Of a stretch of DNA of 64,000 nucleotides, positions 28,474-38,050 are shown piece by piece. This stretch comes from Promethearchaeota archaeon (GTDB lineage: Archaea > Asgardarchaeota > Heimdallarchaeia > Hodarchaeales > Hodarchaeaceae): NCBI GenBank assembly GCA_048938105.1, contig JBHLMN010000015.1, forward strand, positions 32,001 through 96,000. Direction: 5' to 3'. Both the position numbers and the translations under genes were made by a program. The notes beneath the pieces were generated by a model. The model worked only from the letters and a program-made list of their open reading frames with translations. It searched no databases and was not told the DNA's origin. Within the stretch, counting starts at the first letter, position 1; each line of letters opens with the position of its first letter.

Positions 28474-30132
28474 TTATTCAAAATTTCTTTTGCGTCTTTT
28501 TCGGCTATAAAACAGGGAGATACTAAAGAATGCAGTGAAAAGAGTTGGCAAAAGATAACCTGGCGTTGAGACTTTTGTAGTTGTTGAACTAGTAGAATGA
28601 GTCGTCTCAGTACTCGTTTGGCTAGTAGATGTTGGTTTAGTAGTTGGTTTGCTATGGACAACATAATTATACAAATCAGAAACCGTGAAATTTCCTGTCT
28701 TATCGACAATACGAATATAGAAGGTTCCTTGGTTCGTAACTGGGAGGTTAGGGATAGAACCAGTAAAATGGGTACTATTGTCACTCATCGACATAGTAAT
28801 GAAGTTCCAATCTATTCCATGGTTAGAATACCAAAGTTGAACCTCTGGTGATAATGCAGTAGCAATAACTTCTACATCTAAAGCTTGCTCCTCCTCAAAG
28901 ACAGAATTAGCAGTTACGGAAGTAATATTAGGGCGATTGGGATAAATAATGTTGTAAGGAGTATCAATTTGGTACTCATCGTAAAGGGTTCCATTGGCTA
29001 AAATAACTTTAATCCAAACCTCTTTCCAATCAATTGATATCTCAACATGGTGAAACACTCCTCCATCTTTCTCTCCCACATATAAAGGTGCTCCCCCTCC
29101 TGCAGAAACAATCTGAGTAATATTACGCCAACCTAATGTCTTTTTATTATACATGTGATCATGGCCAGCTAAAAATGCTGTGATTGAGTGATTTAATGCC
29201 AGATCCAATAATTTTTGTCCTTCAGGGTATTGAATTAAACCTCGTTCTCTTATCAATACAGGATAAATGTAAGGAGTAGACAAAGGTCGGTGAAATGTTA
29301 TGAAAGTATGAATAGTAGTTGTACTTGTTAGATCCTGTACGAACCACTCCCATTGGGCTCCAGAAATCTTTGAAACATCTCTTTCAGTGTCAAGTATAAT
29401 AAAATGAGAATTACCATAATCAAAAGAGAAAAATCGCTCAAAAGGATCTGCATCGGTCGGTTGAGTGAAGATTTCTGTGAAAGAGGCGGTTCCGTAATTA
29501 TCAGGATCATCATGATTGCCTATTGCAAATATCCAAGAAGTATTGTGGTGAGACTGGTCTGTGATATCACGAAACGCCTTCCATTGAGCATATCTTATGT
29601 CACTTGATTGTCCAGTTTTAGCATCAATTGCGTCTCCACCATGTATCACGAGGTCAGGAGAAGCCGCAATGATGTTATTAGTAATAGATGAAAAAACTTC
29701 AGGTTGTTCAATAATTTCCGTTTGAGGCCGATTATCTCCGAAAAAAGCAAACATAAAAGGGTCTGTAAATCCTTTGGCTGTATGAAACTGGTATATGTCA
29801 CTCAATATTTCTGCTGTTTCGACTTGATAATAATAAGTAGTATTAAATTCCAACCCTTCCAATTTCACCTCATGATTTTTAACTGATGTTAAGTTTTCTA
29901 CGACATTTTCAACAGATGAATCTAAGCCAAATCGCACTCGACTAAAACCAGGGCTGGTTGTCCACCATGCAATAACCACAGAATTTTGGGTGACCATATT
30001 CACAGTTGGACCGTATTGAATATCGGTTAATTCATAGGTGTCAGCGTTGGGAAATATTGATGTAATGTTTGAAATGGAAATAATCAATAGTATTATTACT
30101 TTAAACCTTTGTGCCATTTCTCTTTCCACCAA
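28474..30132 (-). CDS. Surface-anchored purple-acid-phosphatase-like metallophosphoesterase
   Basis: N-terminal FN3 (HEVKLEGLEFNTTYYY). Calcineurin-like motifs FGD, GGD, GNHD, FHRP, GHDH. Thr linker, TPGY, TM, RKRRKR. Confidence 0.88.
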   Translation of the reverse strand: MVEREMAQRFKVIILLIISISNITSIFPNADTYELTDIQYGPTVNMVTQNSVVIAWWTTSPGFSRVRFGLDSSVENVVENLTSVKNHEVKLEGLEFNTTYYYQVETAEILSDIYQFHTAKGFTDPFMFAFFGDNRPQTEIIEQPEVFSSITNNIIAASPDLVIHGGDAIDAKTGQSSDIRYAQWKAFRDITDQSHHNTSWIFAIGNHDDPDNYGTASFTEIFTQPTDADPFERFFSFDYGNSHFIILDTERDVSKISGAQWEWFVQDLTSTTTIHTFITFHRPLSTPYIYPVLIRERGLIQYPEGQKLLDLALNHSITAFLAGHDHMYNKKTLGWRNITQIVSAGGGAPLYVGEKDGGVFHHVEISIDWKEVWIKVILANGTLYDEYQIDTPYNIIYPNRPNITSVTANSVFEEEQALDVEVIATALSPEVQLWYSNHGIDWNFITMSMSDNSTHFTGSIPNLPVTNQGTFYIRIVDKTGNFTVSDLYNYVVHSKPTTKPTSTSQTSTETTHSTSSTTTKVSTPGYLLPTLFTAFFSISLFYSRKRRKRNFE

Positions 30133-30650
30133 ATTAAAATAATATTATGAGCGTATAAATCCTCATAATAATGCACTTTGCTCAATTTTTAAGTATTTTG
30201 GGGGTGTATTTTTCAGCCTTTTAATTGAAGCATTTTTAAAATCTAAATTTCAAGTTATTTTCGGTATTCTTATATTGTACTCTAGGAAACGACATAAAGT
30301 ATGATCTAAAAGAGAGGAAATTTAACTTGAAACTTTTACAAGTAGCTTAAGAATGATCTGCTACTTTTTCGATAATTTAATTGATAAAACTTATATTCTT
30401 GGCTTGTTTACGAGTAGTAAATCAGTTAATTCTTTTTTATTCTAAACTTATGTGATTTAATGAATATGCAACTCTTAACCTGATTTCATGCCTTCTATAA
30501 CAATACAAACAAAAAGTCCACAATTACATCCTATTTGTAAAGAAGTTAAAGAAAAATTCTATATATAAGGAAAAGATAGAATTGTCTAGAATGATTGACA
30601 ACACAAAAAGAAGAGATGATAGAAGGAATATTTTCCTTTTATTGTCCCCT

Positions 30651-30733
30651 ATGATGAATAAGACGGTCTCCCGAGGTTTAGGGATCAGTTTTCTCTATCC
30701 CTTTGAACTAATGACGAAAGTTGCACTTACTGA
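30651..30733 (+). ncRNA. Box C/D guide sRNA with internal hairpin
   Basis: C ATGATGA 30651-57; 13-nt guide; D' CCGA 30671-74; hairpin GGTTTAGGGAT...ATCCCTTTGAACT; C' ATGACGA 30711-17; 12-nt guide; D CTGA 30730-33. Confidence 0.75.
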
Positions 30734-30736
30734 TTT

Positions 30737-31681
30737 ATGATTCTTGCTTTGGGGTTAATTATGCCCTTATCAATCCTAGATTTTTTTCTTAAGCTTACAC
30801 CATTTGATTTCAGACTTTTATCAGTCATTGAAATTTTGATGGCAAAATACGAAATTGTACCGATTGAAGAGATTGCAGCGTATATGAATTATACAGAAAA
30901 AAAAGTTAAATCAACGCTGACTACACTTCAAAGATATAAATCAATAATAATGGTTCAACGACATTATTTAGGTGCTGCATTAACCTTTATAGGCTATGAT
31001 GCGTTGGCATTAAAAGCTTTAGTTGAGAAAGGTACAATCGCACAAATTGGCCCAGAAATTGGAGCAGGCAAGGAAAGCAACATACATTTAGCCGTTAATG
31101 ACGAGGGTAGTGAATTTATTATAAAATTGCACAGGTTAGGGAAATTAGATTTTCGATCTACCCGTCGTACTCGTGCTTTTATTGCTGAAAAACGGCATAT
31201 TTCTCCTCTTTACGAAAGTCGACTCTCTGCAGAACGAGAATTTAAAGCGTTGAGTGATCTTTTCCATGAGGGGATTAGTGTCCCACAACCAATTGATCAT
31301 AACCGTCATATTGTGGCAATGCACATCGTCACTGGACAAGATTTGTATCGAATTAAAAAAAATGAATTTCAAACAGAAAAAGAGGTTATAACATTATTTG
31401 AAAACATCCTTTATGAAATGAAACGAGCAGTTAAACTCGGTTATATTCATGGGGACTTAAGCGAGTATAACATTCGCTTAAACGAAGATAATTATCCAGT
31501 CTTTTTTGACTGGCCACAATATATCGAAACAGAGTCAGAACAGTCTGAAAAGATATTAATTAGAGATTTGAATAATATTCTTAATTATTTTAAGAAAAAA
31601 TTTCAAATAACTATCAAGACGAATGTTTCAGAATTGGTACTAAAATACTTCGATAATTTGGAGTTACCATCGGTTTTGTGA
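30737..31681 (+). CDS. rio2: RIO2-type serine/threonine kinase
   Basis: N-terminal wHTH (GYDALAL), IGAGKES, KLHRLG, IHGDLSEYNI, FDWPQ. Confidence 0.92.
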   Translation: MILALGLIMPLSILDFFLKLTPFDFRLLSVIEILMAKYEIVPIEEIAAYMNYTEKKVKSTLTTLQRYKSIIMVQRHYLGAALTFIGYDALALKALVEKGTIAQIGPEIGAGKESNIHLAVNDEGSEFIIKLHRLGKLDFRSTRRTRAFIAEKRHISPLYESRLSAEREFKALSDLFHEGISVPQPIDHNRHIVAMHIVTGQDLYRIKKNEFQTEKEVITLFENILYEMKRAVKLGYIHGDLSEYNIRLNEDNYPVFFDWPQYIETESEQSEKILIRDLNNILNYFKKKFQITIKTNVSELVLKYFDNLELPSVL

Positions 31682-33882
31682 TTATGTTAGAATCGACTAT
31701 CATTTTTGGATTGGATATCCTAGCTCGGTCAACAAAAGCAAGTAAGGGCTCAATATTCTCACTTATTGTTCTCACAAAAGATCGTATCAATAAGTATCCT
31801 AAACTTAATCGGAAAAGTCTATTTAAAAAGATTGAAGATTTAAAGCCTAATTTTATTGCCATGGATAATATTTTTGAGCTATCACCCAGTGTAAAAGGTA
31901 TAATACGTTTTCTTCAGAAAATTCCTGTAAATACAATGTTAGTTCAGGTTACTGGATCGCCCCGAGTAGGAATGGAAAAGATTACTATCCTTATCCAAAA
32001 ACATAAGTTAAAAAAAGAACTTAGTTTTTCCTTAAGTTCAAAAAAACTAAACTCACTTGAAACAGCAGAAGTGTGTGCTCGTTTATGCCAAAAACATGTT
32101 GGATATGAAATACTAGCCTTTGAAGAAGAGATTCGTATCCGAATATCAAAGAAAAAAAGTCATGGCAGAGGAGGATGGTCAGCTCCACGATATGAGCGGA
32201 TTAGTCGTGCTGCAGTCACCCATGCAGCAGATGAAGTTGAATTGATCTTACGTGAGAAAGAAATTACTTGGGAAGTGTTTGAATATCCTCAACGTCGAGT
32301 TTACATTGCCCATCTCGAAAAAGAAATCATTCCTGATATTCTAGCCCTGATTAAACCTCTAACAACAGAACTTGTTCGAGTTACTTTAGAACGTATAACG
32401 AAAGCTAATCTTGATTTCCAACCACTTGATGTAAGTATAGCTCCAACAAGCCGTTCCCTTAAAAATATCATTTTAGGAGTCGACCCTGGCACAACAACAG
32501 GAATTGCTATTGTGGATTTAATGAAAGGTCATGTACTATATCTAAAGTCGAAACGGGAATGTGGAGTTTCAGAGATTATAAGGACTGCATCCAAATTTGG
32601 GAAGATCTGTTGTGTCGCCGCTGATGTGACTCCAATTCCCGCGACCGTCGAAAAAATTGCTAGAATTACAGGTGCAAAATTAATTTCCCCCACTGTATTG
32701 GTATCTGCAGCTGCTAAGCGGGAATATTTGCATAATTACAGAGATATTACAGTTAACTATAGTCATTTGGATTCTCATGAGCGGGATGCACTTTTTGGAG
32801 CAATTAAAGCGTTTAATTCTTTAAAAGAACAGTTATCTAAGATTAATCATATAGTTCAAGATTCATACCCAGAATTGATTTCTCAATTATCAGAAATTCA
32901 AAGACTTGTGTTGGCAGGGAATAGCGTTTCTAATGCAATTGAGATGATACGAGGAAAGCTGAGTACTCAAAAGGTCATCGTGACTGAAGAAGAGCCAGAT
33001 CCATTGACTATATCACTAAAACACGAGAATGAGATTTTGCAAGCTAAAATTGAGGCGATACATGAAGAAATGGACAAATTAGATACAGAAATATTATTCT
33101 GGCGAAAACAAGCACGGGAAAGTACAAAACAAATAAAAAAATGGAAAGATAAGTTTGAACGTGAACAACTGAAACACTCAAAATTGATGCAAAAAAGAAT
33201 TTCTGCTGCTGTGGATCGAGAAGTAGGGAGAATAAGAGAGGAAAATCAAGAGATTAGGCGAATTCTTCGTCAAAATCAACGAGAAATGGAAAAGTTAAAA
33301 CAAATCAAAAATTTCTGGGTACAGGGACGAGAAATACCTTTGAAGGTTGTTAAATCCTTTTCTGATTCTGCAATTCGGGAAACAGAAAGAAATTATGGTT
33401 TAAATAACGGAGATATAGTGTTTGTTCTCGACCCGAGCGGCGGTGGGGCTCAAACGGCTCAAAAAATGATTGATATTGGAATAAGAGGAGTAATAATTTC
33501 AGAGGGATCAGCTAATTTCTCTGATCAAGCTTTAAGCCAGTTTGAAGATAATTGTATTCCGTGTCTTCAGTTACCCATCAAGGATTTTTCAGGTCGTATT
33601 GAAGGCTTGAATCAACCAAAGCTTGAAATCTGGGTTTATGATGGACTTTATCTTACAGACATAGGGGTTAAGGAAGAAATTAGGAAAAAAGAACTAAAAC
33701 TTCGTGAAAAACTTCGTCAAAAAAGAATGGCTTTGATTTCACAGACTAAGAAGGCATCTAAGAAGCATATGAACACTGAATTAGATATTAAGAAAATGCT
33801 AGATGATTTCAAGGAAGATTATATAGCTCAATATCATTCTGATTATGAAGAAAAACTTGATCATTCATCAGAAGAGGAATGA
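31678..33882 (+). CDS. DUF460-family protein (RNase H-like fold plus coiled coil)
   Basis: HGRGGWS..RY.R, ILGVDPGTTTGIA, HERDAL, coiled coil, DPSGGG. Confidence 0.85.
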   Translation: MIMLESTIIFGLDILARSTKASKGSIFSLIVLTKDRINKYPKLNRKSLFKKIEDLKPNFIAMDNIFELSPSVKGIIRFLQKIPVNTMLVQVTGSPRVGMEKITILIQKHKLKKELSFSLSSKKLNSLETAEVCARLCQKHVGYEILAFEEEIRIRISKKKSHGRGGWSAPRYERISRAAVTHAADEVELILREKEITWEVFEYPQRRVYIAHLEKEIIPDILALIKPLTTELVRVTLERITKANLDFQPLDVSIAPTSRSLKNIILGVDPGTTTGIAIVDLMKGHVLYLKSKRECGVSEIIRTASKFGKICCVAADVTPIPATVEKIARITGAKLISPTVLVSAAAKREYLHNYRDITVNYSHLDSHERDALFGAIKAFNSLKEQLSKINHIVQDSYPELISQLSEIQRLVLAGNSVSNAIEMIRGKLSTQKVIVTEEEPDPLTISLKHENEILQAKIEAIHEEMDKLDTEILFWRKQARESTKQIKKWKDKFEREQLKHSKLMQKRISAAVDREVGRIREENQEIRRILRQNQREMEKLKQIKNFWVQGREIPLKVVKSFSDSAIRETERNYGLNNGDIVFVLDPSGGGAQTAQKMIDIGIRGVIISEGSANFSDQALSQFEDNCIPCLQLPIKDFSGRIEGLNQPKLEIWVYDGLYLTDIGVKEEIRKKELKLREKLRQKRMALISQTKKASKKHMNTELDIKKMLDDFKEDYIAQYHSDYEEKLDHSSEEE

Positions 33883-33989
33883 CTCCCATAAATCTTTTCA
33901 AAAATGAAGAAAAATTTTTAGAATTAAATTTTATGAGGACTGAATTAAATAGATTTCCACAATTAGATCTTCAATGAGGAATTATTACA

Positions 33990-34208
33990 ATGTCACAACC
34001 ATTGCAAACGTTAGAAAAATCCGTAGGAAAAATAATAACTGTTCAACTGAAAAGTAATCAGCTTTATACTGGACGTCTCCGAATCACAGACCAATACATG
34101 AATCTGATCTTAGAGGACTGTTCCGAAGTTGAAGAGGGTAAAATTAGCAAGCGTTATGGTCAGGCATTCCTCCGAGGAAACAACATTCTGTTTATTAAAA
34201 TAGAATAG
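33990..34208 (+). CDS. Sm-like (LSm/SmAP) protein
   Basis: Sm1 G.L...DQYMNLIL and Sm2 LRGNNI motifs. Confidence 0.93.
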   Translation: MSQPLQTLEKSVGKIITVQLKSNQLYTGRLRITDQYMNLILEDCSEVEEGKISKRYGQAFLRGNNILFIKIE

Positions 34209-34243
34209 ATTATGATTTCATACCTTTTTTAAAGTATTATTAC

Positions 34244-35005
34244 TTGTATTTATTTCCTCTAATAAATGAATATGGGGAATTTTTCATGAGTAGGGAATTA
34301 ATTCCGATCGGTGTACCAGTGATAGATGAATTCATAACGGGTATTCCTCGTGATGCCCTTATTTTGATAATTGGCGACCCAGGATCAGGATTTATTACAT
34401 TTATGCATCAATTATTGGTCAATCGTGCTAAAAATGGTATTCCTGCTATTTATACCTCGCTAGACAGACCTGAAAGTGAAATACGTCATGATTTAGCTAC
34501 ATTTGGATGGAAATTAGATAGTCTCACTTGGCAATTCAATGATCTCAGTCAATCTTCAAGACAAAAACAATCTAAAACACTTCAATGGGAAGGAGACGCC
34601 GTGAATATAGTTTCTCATAATCTTTTTCGAAAAATAATAGAATTTAAAGGGGATAGAGCTATTCCTGCACTCGATTCTGCAGTCAACACAGTCACCTACA
34701 TGTTGATTCAGTCTAGCTTAAAATCAGTCTTACGATTTCTAAATGAATACTCCACAGTGATCAAAGGTACAAATGGATGGCATTTTTTGACCATGGTACG
34801 AGGAGTTCATGGTCATGATGTCGAAAACCTTTTTTCTCATTATAGTGATGTGGTATTAGAGTTTGCTATGTCTCTCAATACAGAAACGAGGCTATATGAA
34901 CGGGTGCTAGGGATTAAGAAATTATTGGGTGTTGATTCTAGAGTTTTTCCTATAGAGTTTGGAAAATCCGGAATAAGACCAATTACCACGTCAAAAATTC
35001 AATGA
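34244..35005 (+). CDS. KaiC/RAD55-like RecA-superfamily protein with degenerate Walker A
   Basis: IPIGVPVIDE...GIP..ALILIIGDPGSGFIT; C-terminal RVLGIKK. Start probably ATG 34286. Confidence 0.75.
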   Translation: MYLFPLINEYGEFFMSRELIPIGVPVIDEFITGIPRDALILIIGDPGSGFITFMHQLLVNRAKNGIPAIYTSLDRPESEIRHDLATFGWKLDSLTWQFNDLSQSSRQKQSKTLQWEGDAVNIVSHNLFRKIIEFKGDRAIPALDSAVNTVTYMLIQSSLKSVLRFLNEYSTVIKGTNGWHFLTMVRGVHGHDVENLFSHYSDVVLEFAMSLNTETRLYERVLGIKKLLGVDSRVFPIEFGKSGIRPITTSKIQ

Positions 35006-35957
35006 TCTTGCTTCGAATCTTTCCTTGTCTTAAAGCGATTGATTCTTTGGTGAATTTCCCCTTAAATCTCTTTTGCTCAAGGAAGAGTGAAGTAACACTT
35101 GTAGCAAAAGCGATTGCGTCTAATTCATTCTTAAAGGTCAGAAAATGAGTAACAAAGGCGAAGAGGAAAATATCACCTGCTCCTGTTTCATCAAGAATTG
35201 TACCTTCTGTAAATGCAGGAACATCATAAATATGGATATCAGGATTTTTTACACCTAATATAGAGCCATTCACTCCTCGAGTAATAAGAACAGTCGTTAT
35301 TGATGTTTCTAAAACCTTAATCACGATTTCCTCAAGGTTAGTTCCCACCTCTAACAATTCTGCTTCCGCTTCTGATACTTTGAGACAATTGACATTCTTA
35401 ATGATGTTAGAATCCCACCAATTGTAGAATTTTATCTCACCTTTTTCTGTAATTTGACGGAAACATCCTTGCGGATCAAATGCTATATAAGAACAGATCT
35501 TCCGTAATGAAGAAAAGATCGTATGATCTGAAAATTCATGATAAACAGAGCCTACTAAAGCAACTGGGGGATTTCCAAACTTCCAATTGAAATCAGCCAG
35601 ATCAAACCGCTTAGGAGGATTTTTTAGTACCAAAGTTCTTTCATTCTTATCACTGGAGTACACTAAACGAAATTGAGGGCATTTGTCTTGAATCATCAGG
35701 TTTTTCGAAATTAAATTGTAATCTGGAAATTCTCTCAACAGTGAAATTATCTTAGGGCATGTATAAGCGTAAATTAATGGTGGGGCCATCCATGGGAACA
35801 TTTTTGAGAGCATCAAACCTGAAATTCCTGCAAAAGAAGGTGGCCCTCCTATTAACAGGCTGTTTTGATCCTTGATGAAAGGAGTACCCTGATGGTCATG
35901 AATCACGTTATCTAGGACCATTTGACCAAGAGCTAACGTAATTATCTTCTTTCTCAC
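34983..35957 (-). CDS. PfkB/ribokinase-family kinase
   Basis: IGGPPSFAG, FDPQG, KVSEAEA, ITRGVNG, DETGAGD. Confidence 0.88.
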   Translation of the reverse strand: MRKKIITLALGQMVLDNVIHDHQGTPFIKDQNSLLIGGPPSFAGISGLMLSKMFPWMAPPLIYAYTCPKIISLLREFPDYNLISKNLMIQDKCPQFRLVYSSDKNERTLVLKNPPKRFDLADFNWKFGNPPVALVGSVYHEFSDHTIFSSLRKICSYIAFDPQGCFRQITEKGEIKFYNWWDSNIIKNVNCLKVSEAEAELLEVGTNLEEIVIKVLETSITTVLITRGVNGSILGVKNPDIHIYDVPAFTEGTILDETGAGDIFLFAFVTHFLTFKNELDAIAFATSVTSLFLEQKRFKGKFTKESIALRQGKIRSKIIEFLTW

Positions 35958-36100
35958 AGAGATCAGCTCTATTGAATTAAGTAGGAAATACAGTAAGGTT
36001 TAAATTTTTGCTTAAGGTTAGTCTTCATATTAATAGATTGTAGTTGTATTAGTCAGAAAATTAATAGGTTTTTAACACAGGTTTCTCCGAAGGTGGAAAA

Positions 36101-36535
36101 ATGGCTTTCGCGCTTACAGTAGAACAGAAGAAGAAATTAATAAAATTATTACAAGAAATCGTTCGATATGCAGACCTAGAAGCATTAGCATTAGTAACAC
36201 GCACAGGAATGAGTGTTGCGTTTTTCTCAGAGAAAGATGCCGATCCAGATTTATTTTCCGCGTTATCCGCAGCTGTTCTATCAACTGGTGGGATGGTTGT
36301 TGACAGAATGGATCATGGGCACTTATGGGAGGTCTTAGTTCGCGGTGAAAAAGGGTATACCGTGTTAAGTTCAGCGGAAGACTTTATCTTAATAGGAGCG
36401 TCTAATGAAGCCCATTCTTTAGGATTAGCTATTCGAGTACTACGTCGTTACAGCCGGAAAATACCAGAAATATTCCGAGAAGAGGAAAAAGATATTTCTA
36501 GTCTTGTCTCTGAGCTTAAAGATCTTTTAAGTTAA
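36101..36535 (+). CDS. Roadblock/LC7 domain protein
   Basis: ALVTRTGMSVA...SALSAAVLSTG...EVLVRGEKGY...SLGL pattern of MglB/roadblock proteins. Confidence 0.85.
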   Translation: MAFALTVEQKKKLIKLLQEIVRYADLEALALVTRTGMSVAFFSEKDADPDLFSALSAAVLSTGGMVVDRMDHGHLWEVLVRGEKGYTVLSSAEDFILIGASNEAHSLGLAIRVLRRYSRKIPEIFREEEKDISSLVSELKDLLS

Positions 36536-36566
36536 CCAACGATTTACTAATTGAGGGAAAAATCTC

Positions 36567-37223
36567 TTGCCTTCCCTTTTCCTTTTCCTTTTTTGCGTAA
36601 ATTTTGCTTTCATTTGGGTTGTAAGCTCATTAGATGGGTATATATTACTTTTTCTAATCATTCCTTGGACTTTATTCATTTATACAACATTATGTTTTAG
36701 AGGAATACGATTTTCAGCGAATGATCTCCTTGAACAGCTGGCAGGAAAGCTGTATTGGCTCAGTCAAGGTGTTTTTCAAGCTACTGTGATAGCTGTCCTA
36801 AATATTATTCTAGGGTTATTAATTATTCCTGATTCAGCTTTAACTCAATTTAATCAAAATTTTGGATTATTTAGCTCAGTTATAATATTCATGTTGTTAC
36901 CATTTCCCAGTTTTTTCATCCTTAGTTTAAAAAAAGAGGATCAAGAACGATTATATAGCCTAATCTATCAAGAAATGGTTCAAAGAGGTGAGGCTCCCGA
37001 ATTTATCGAGTTAACTTCAGAGCTCCTCGCCACAACAGAACGTTACACAAAGGAGTACGCTCAAAAGCTAGAAAAGGTTCGAGAATATGCCTATCAATAT
37101 ATAGAGCAAAACTTCATGCAGATATCGCCGTTTTTTCAACAAAATCAATCAGTCCGTCTGAATTTGGAGAGTTTAGCAATTTTCCTTACAAAGAAAGCAA
37201 CTTTAACGGAAAATAATTTGTAG
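36567..37223 (+). CDS. Hypothetical membrane protein (about 4 TM)
   Basis: Four hydrophobic segments followed by a soluble helical tail. Confidence 0.6.
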   Translation: MPSLFLFLFCVNFAFIWVVSSLDGYILLFLIIPWTLFIYTTLCFRGIRFSANDLLEQLAGKLYWLSQGVFQATVIAVLNIILGLLIIPDSALTQFNQNFGLFSSVIIFMLLPFPSFFILSLKKEDQERLYSLIYQEMVQRGEAPEFIELTSELLATTERYTKEYAQKLEKVREYAYQYIEQNFMQISPFFQQNQSVRLNLESLAIFLTKKATLTENNL

Positions 37224-37428
37224 AAAAATCATTAATATAAAATAACATAATTTCATTGTGAATGAGTATCTAAAGGCTTCTGAGCTGTTTGTCCTCTTTT
37301 TTACTTTTTAAAGTGGAAAATCTTGTCGAGTAATAAGTTTTGACTTCTATAATATTCATAAAAAATTAATTAATGTTTATTGAAAATGTCAATATAAGAT
37401 TTTTTCGACGATAAATGGGGTTTCCTCT

Positions 37429-37704
37429 TTGGGTAAGAAACGTAAGTCTGGTGGCCGCAGTAAAGGGAAAAAAGGTACTCTCTCCAAGGTTCAATGTTCA
37501 GCATGTAAACGAATGATACCACGTGATAAAGCTAAACGTAAAACTAGTTATAAAACTCTGGTTGATTATGCAGTTGGAAAGGAATTGCGACAACAAGGAG
37601 CCCATATCGCTCGTGTACCATATGTAAGGTATTATTGTGTATCATGCGCAATTCACAGGCATCATGTAAAAATTCGTGCTGAAGATGAGCGAAGAGACCG
37701 GTAG
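37429..37704 (+). CDS. rps26e: Ribosomal protein eS26
   Basis: KKRKSGGRSK, VQCSAC..MIPRDKAK, YYCVSCAIH. TTG start. Confidence 0.95.
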   Translation: MGKKRKSGGRSKGKKGTLSKVQCSACKRMIPRDKAKRKTSYKTLVDYAVGKELRQQGAHIARVPYVRYYCVSCAIHRHHVKIRAEDERRDR

Positions 37705-37808
37705 AATGATCAGTTACTACTACCCATATTTCCGATAAGAATTTAAAACTGCTTACTATACCCCCTTTGAATCAAGTCAACTCTAGTAAATACAGTCTGG
37801 AACTCCCT

Positions 37809-37927
37809 GGATCCGTGGCTCAGCCTGGATAGAGCGTCTGGCTTCGGAAGGTAAAACCTGATGAATGAAAATCAGGGGGATACCTGAAGTAACCAGAATG
37901 TCGTGGGTTCAAATCCCTCCGGATCCG
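37809..37927 (+). tRNA. tRNA-Arg(TCG) with 44-nt intron at 37/38 (37848-37891)
   Basis: Acceptor GGATCCG/CGGATCC, anticodon stem TCTGG/CCAGA, T-loop TTCAAAT. BHB: CTTC/GAAG helix with GGA and TAA bulges. Confidence 0.93.
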
Positions 37928-38050
37928 TTACCTCCGTTTTCCACTTGGATTTAGTACGTTATTCTTGTCACTACTAGTTAGAAATCAGAAGAAAAAGGAT
38001 AGAGGAAGGACTATAACAACTATCCTTGATTAGAAAAATATTGTTGAAAT

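Noticed and set aside
37708-37770. Possible C/D sRNA between rps26e and tRNA-Arg (ATGATCA...CCGA...TTGA)
   Set aside because: Boxes are degenerate, spacing is irregular and I recognised no target.
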